Origin: Ascoidea asiatica JCM 7603
Lineage: Eukaryota; Fungi; Ascomycota
Reading direction: 5' to 3'
Assembly (NCBI GenBank): GCA_001600695.1
Contig: BCKQ01000006.1
Coordinates: forward strand, 425,937-489,936
DNA length: 64,000 nt
Shown here one piece after another: positions 60,111 through 64,000 of this stretch. Position 1 is the first letter of the stretch, and each line of letters starts with the position of its first letter. A program made the translations under genes and the position numbers. A model generated the notes under the pieces. It made no database searches. It was not told the DNA's origin and was given only the letters and a program-made list of their open reading frames with translations.

Positions 60111-63100
60111 AATAAATTATATTGTCTCTACAGTAAGCATTTATGATTGTATTAGAAATACGTCATATATTTTCTATGAAATTGAATTTTTCTTATATTT
60201 TTGTTCTCTGTGGAGTTATCTATGTACTTAATATTTGAAAATAGTAATTGATAAAAGTTCTTTTTAGTCCTATTTTAAAAAATCACAACTTCTTTCAATT
60301 AAAAAGCTTAAAACGTATTTAATATCCATTTGCAAAGTATAATTATCATTCCTTAGTTACAGTCGTTAATTATCATAAATGCTCATTGTTTATGAATTTA
60401 TTCTTAGCAATAATTGTAAGCTCTTTTTTGGAGCTTACTCGTTATATATTTGAATAGGGGTTTCCTTTTTTTTATTTTATTCATTTTCCCAAGGAAATAA
60501 AGACTCGAAAGATTTTCGATAATTTCAATTTAATCATGAAAAACTAGAGCAAAACAAAACCAATAGGTCATTCTATCATTTGAATATTGATAGTAATTTG
60601 CTGATTTCAAGCCACCATTTAGAATACCTTCAAGTTGAAATAAAAATAGTGATGGGGCCAAATAAATTTCAAACACAAATTGGAAAAATAAGTAGCGTAT
60701 CATTAAGTAATAGCATCCACTCTAATATACTAAGAATAATATTATTTCACTTTGAAATTGTAGGGATTTAAATTGGTATTTTGAACTTTGGTTAATGATA
60801 TGTCAATAAAATATACGATTTCCATCAGTTAGCTCAAAAACTTACTTAAACAAAATAAATCTAATTAAAGTGCTGTTGTTTCTATTGAAATTTTTGTATA
60901 ACTACTGTAACGATCAGTATATTGAAATTTGAGTGCAAAATAAAATTATAAGTTGCAAATTTTTTTGTTAAACCAATATTTTTACAGTAGTCTTGACTCA
61001 GATTTGAACAGAATCTATTGATTGAAGTATTCTCAAAATGATTTGAAGGTATGTTTGAACTCCTTTATAAATATCATGAAATTTAAGACCAATTAATAAT
61101 CTAATCTCCTAGCCTGTAATGAAATAATTTTTATAATCAAACTTGGATTCCTACAGTACCGATGGTAGAAGTTATTAAATCAAAAAGCTATTATTAATTA
61201 ACAAATTCATGATTTTCAATCGTTTCAAAAGAATTCGATAATGTAATATTTAAAATATCTTTAAAGGTAAATCCAAATCTGATTTGAAGCTGATTTTAAA
61301 CGGATTAAAAATAATTTCAACTTGTAAACATTAAAAAGTCTCTTACAAAGCGGAAAATGGAAACCAATAATAATCGAGTAAAATCAAACAAATTTATGGT
61401 ATAATTTTAATTATTAATTTCATTAATACTGATATGGAATTGTATTAAAATGAATTTTTAAGAATGTGACGGTATGTGATAAAATAATATTATCATATAA
61501 AAGTGCAAATTTCTACTTACAAAACTAGTAAAAGGGTGTTTTGTAACAATTTTAGATTTTTGAACTGAAAGTTCAGTACAAAGTGGTGTACAAATTACAA
61601 AGACAAATTACCAAGACATATTAAGTTCTTACTTACATGCATAAAAACAAATTTTAATATCTTATTCATTCAACTTGAAAATTCAAAAAAAAAATTAAAT
61701 AAAATAAAATATTAAATAATTTTAAAAGAATTAAAAGGCTTAAAATATTAATTTATCTATGATCACATCATTCTGAGACCTGTACACTAAACTTCACTTA
61801 TTGAATTTACTAAAACATATTAACCAAATTCTTTTTAAACTAACAATACTTAAGATTATTTGTTTTTTTCTCTTATTTTAAAGTATAGATGTGATTTTTA
61901 ATTTTTTTAGGAGGTAAGTTTAAAAGAAATGACTGTTATTGAGCAGATAAAATCAAAAACTGGTAGTCTTTGTAAGGATAATATTAACACGGGTAGTTTA
62001 GATAACAAAATTGCTTGCAATTGTAAATCTTAAGATTGTAACCAAGTTTATTTAAAAGCATAAAACCATAATTACATAAAGTTATATAACTTAAAGGTAT
62101 TTATACTTTTAAACTTGAAACCATAAAAGATTATTCTCAAACACCAAAAATTACACAAAAAACAATCTGTGCAATATTCAATCAAATGCACAAAACCTAA
62201 AAAATGTTTTGAAGTAACAATCTGTAGAATAACTTGTTTTTTTAAATTCATTTTGCATTTTAATCAAGCCACAGTTGTTGGGGCATGCCGGATATATGAC
62301 AAGGCTTTGACCTACAGATTGAGCATATTTTTAGTTCCTTTTCCGCAGATATATTACCTTGTCCAAGATATATATACAGCATAGCTATAAAAATATTTAG
62401 GGCAATGCATACTAAACCCATTTATATGCAATATTGGCGCAAACGCCGAGATTTTTAAAATCCTAGTGTTAAGTTGGTAAACTGTACAAACTGTTAGTGT
62501 AGCTTAGTGTTTTATTTTCGAGTGGATTTGTGTTTCTCAGTCCTCTCAAAAATATATTTAGAGATTGATTCAGGAATGTTAACGTAATGATCACACTTGA
62601 ATGAATCAGAATTATAACTGTCATTTAGAATTTACTGGTCGGTTACAAATTATCAACTTACAGAAAATTATGTAAGCAGTAAAAATAATCCAATAATAAT
62701 AACTTTGTCCTTTAATTATCCTGAAACTTTTGATAATTAAAAATGAAATTGAGAATGAATCAAAGCCTTCGGTTGAAATCAAAAATTAAATAATTTTTTC
62801 AGAAATTTTTACTGAATCATTCCTACAAATTCTTTATCCAGTCAAAATAATTTGAGCTTATTGAAGGTGAACCAAAGTTCAAAAATCAAGAGACAAATCT
62901 TGGAAATTTTTTTATGAGAAAAAGTTTTGAGTACCAAAATCAATATTGAAATTGAACATTTAAAAATGAATTTTATTTTATGTACAGTACTAGTGGTACT
63001 TTTTATTAGTTTTCACATTTTGATAATAAAATATTGAATTGAGAAAATTTATTATAATTTGACAGAAATGGTGAAATACAATAATTAAAATGATAACTAT

Positions 63101-64000
63101 CAATGATTATTTTACCTGATATTCAGATTTCACTAGATTAGGTGTTGGTAAGTATATTAAAGTGATTGAAAAAGAAAAAAAAAACATTGAAAGTTGGAAT
63201 ATTGGACTCGGACTTAATTTACTTGGTGAATCATTGCTTCAATTATTTGAAATATTCTGACAATATGTTAAAATAATCTTGAATCACTTAGTACAAATTC
63301 TAATTTTGATTTACAATTCAAAAAACTATATAAATAGAAACTGATATCAGTATAATTTCAATGGGACAATTTTGCAAAGTTTCTAGATCTGATTTCCATT
63401 TGATGTTAGAATTTTGACTTGACAAAACAAATGGGATAAATTTCTACAATTTTTTAATAAAAAAAATACATTTTATGTTATACTATTGCTATTTGAAGTA
63501 TTTGCAGTATTTGCAGTATTTGTACTATTTGTACTATTTGCACTATTATAATATTTTAATATTAATAGTCTTTTTTTCACGCATAACAAAGTATTTAACA
63601 AAATCTAAAAGTACCCAAAAATCTAACTCAATTTTTCAAATTGTTGTATGCACTATATAGCAGAATAATGTTATCTTTACCTTTAAGTTTTTTGGAGCGG
63701 GCCGTTCCCCCATAAAGGGATTTATCAACTTTTTTAAGAATTAAGATTTTTAAAATCCGTGTATACAAGTAGTTCTATGTTAAGATGTCTTAGTATTTGC
63801 ATAATTAGCACCAGAACAAAAAAAATTAAACACCTGGTTTTGCAGTATTAAAACTTTTTCCTCATGATTTTGGCTGTGGGCAATAACTTACCAATGAAAG
63901 TTGAAGTATAATAAACGCTAATATGCTTATATTTGCATTTATATTGGTCGCTTTCGGTATACTTATAGGTAAATATAATAACATACTTAAAAGTATTATC

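Noticed and set aside
61929-62033. 34-aa Cys-containing ORF (MTVIEQ..IACNCKS) as an a-factor-like pheromone
   Set aside because: The C-terminus is not a CaaX box and there is no other support.

Overview
Eukaryotic nuclear DNA from an extremely AT-rich budding yeast (Saccharomycotina). Poly-Asn-laden proteins, few GTAAGT introns and avoidance of CTG suggest an Ascoidea-like CUG-Ser lineage (inference). There are about 17 recognisable housekeeping or meiotic genes: STU1, QRI1/UAP1, ECM31, HOP1, CDC53, LYS20/21, a U5-40K-like WD40 gene, INH1, MRX19, EMW1, RPL41, YME1, BRN1, PBP2, POL5, ATP15, FTR1 and a YGL114W-type OPT. The ORF track misses or truncates four of them because they are spliced or tiny (INH1, RPL41, ATP15, FTR1). 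About five orphan ORFs are present, two of them broken at homopolymer runs. I could not support any tRNA, rRNA, transposon or CRISPR. Most unusual observations: (i) short GC/CpG-rich islands at nearly every promoter, with ultra-AT DNA beside them and relaxed codon usage more than ~2 kb away, even inside single genes; (ii) internal hints that CTG is read as Ser; (iii) an identical 16-bp CCG-N10-CCG element in two unrelated promoters; (iv) a structured 5'UTR intron and a Tbf1/Cbf1-type promoter at RPL41; (v) a deeply conserved CDC53-LYS20-INH1-MRX19-RPL41 synteny block. All calls are by eye, without database searches.
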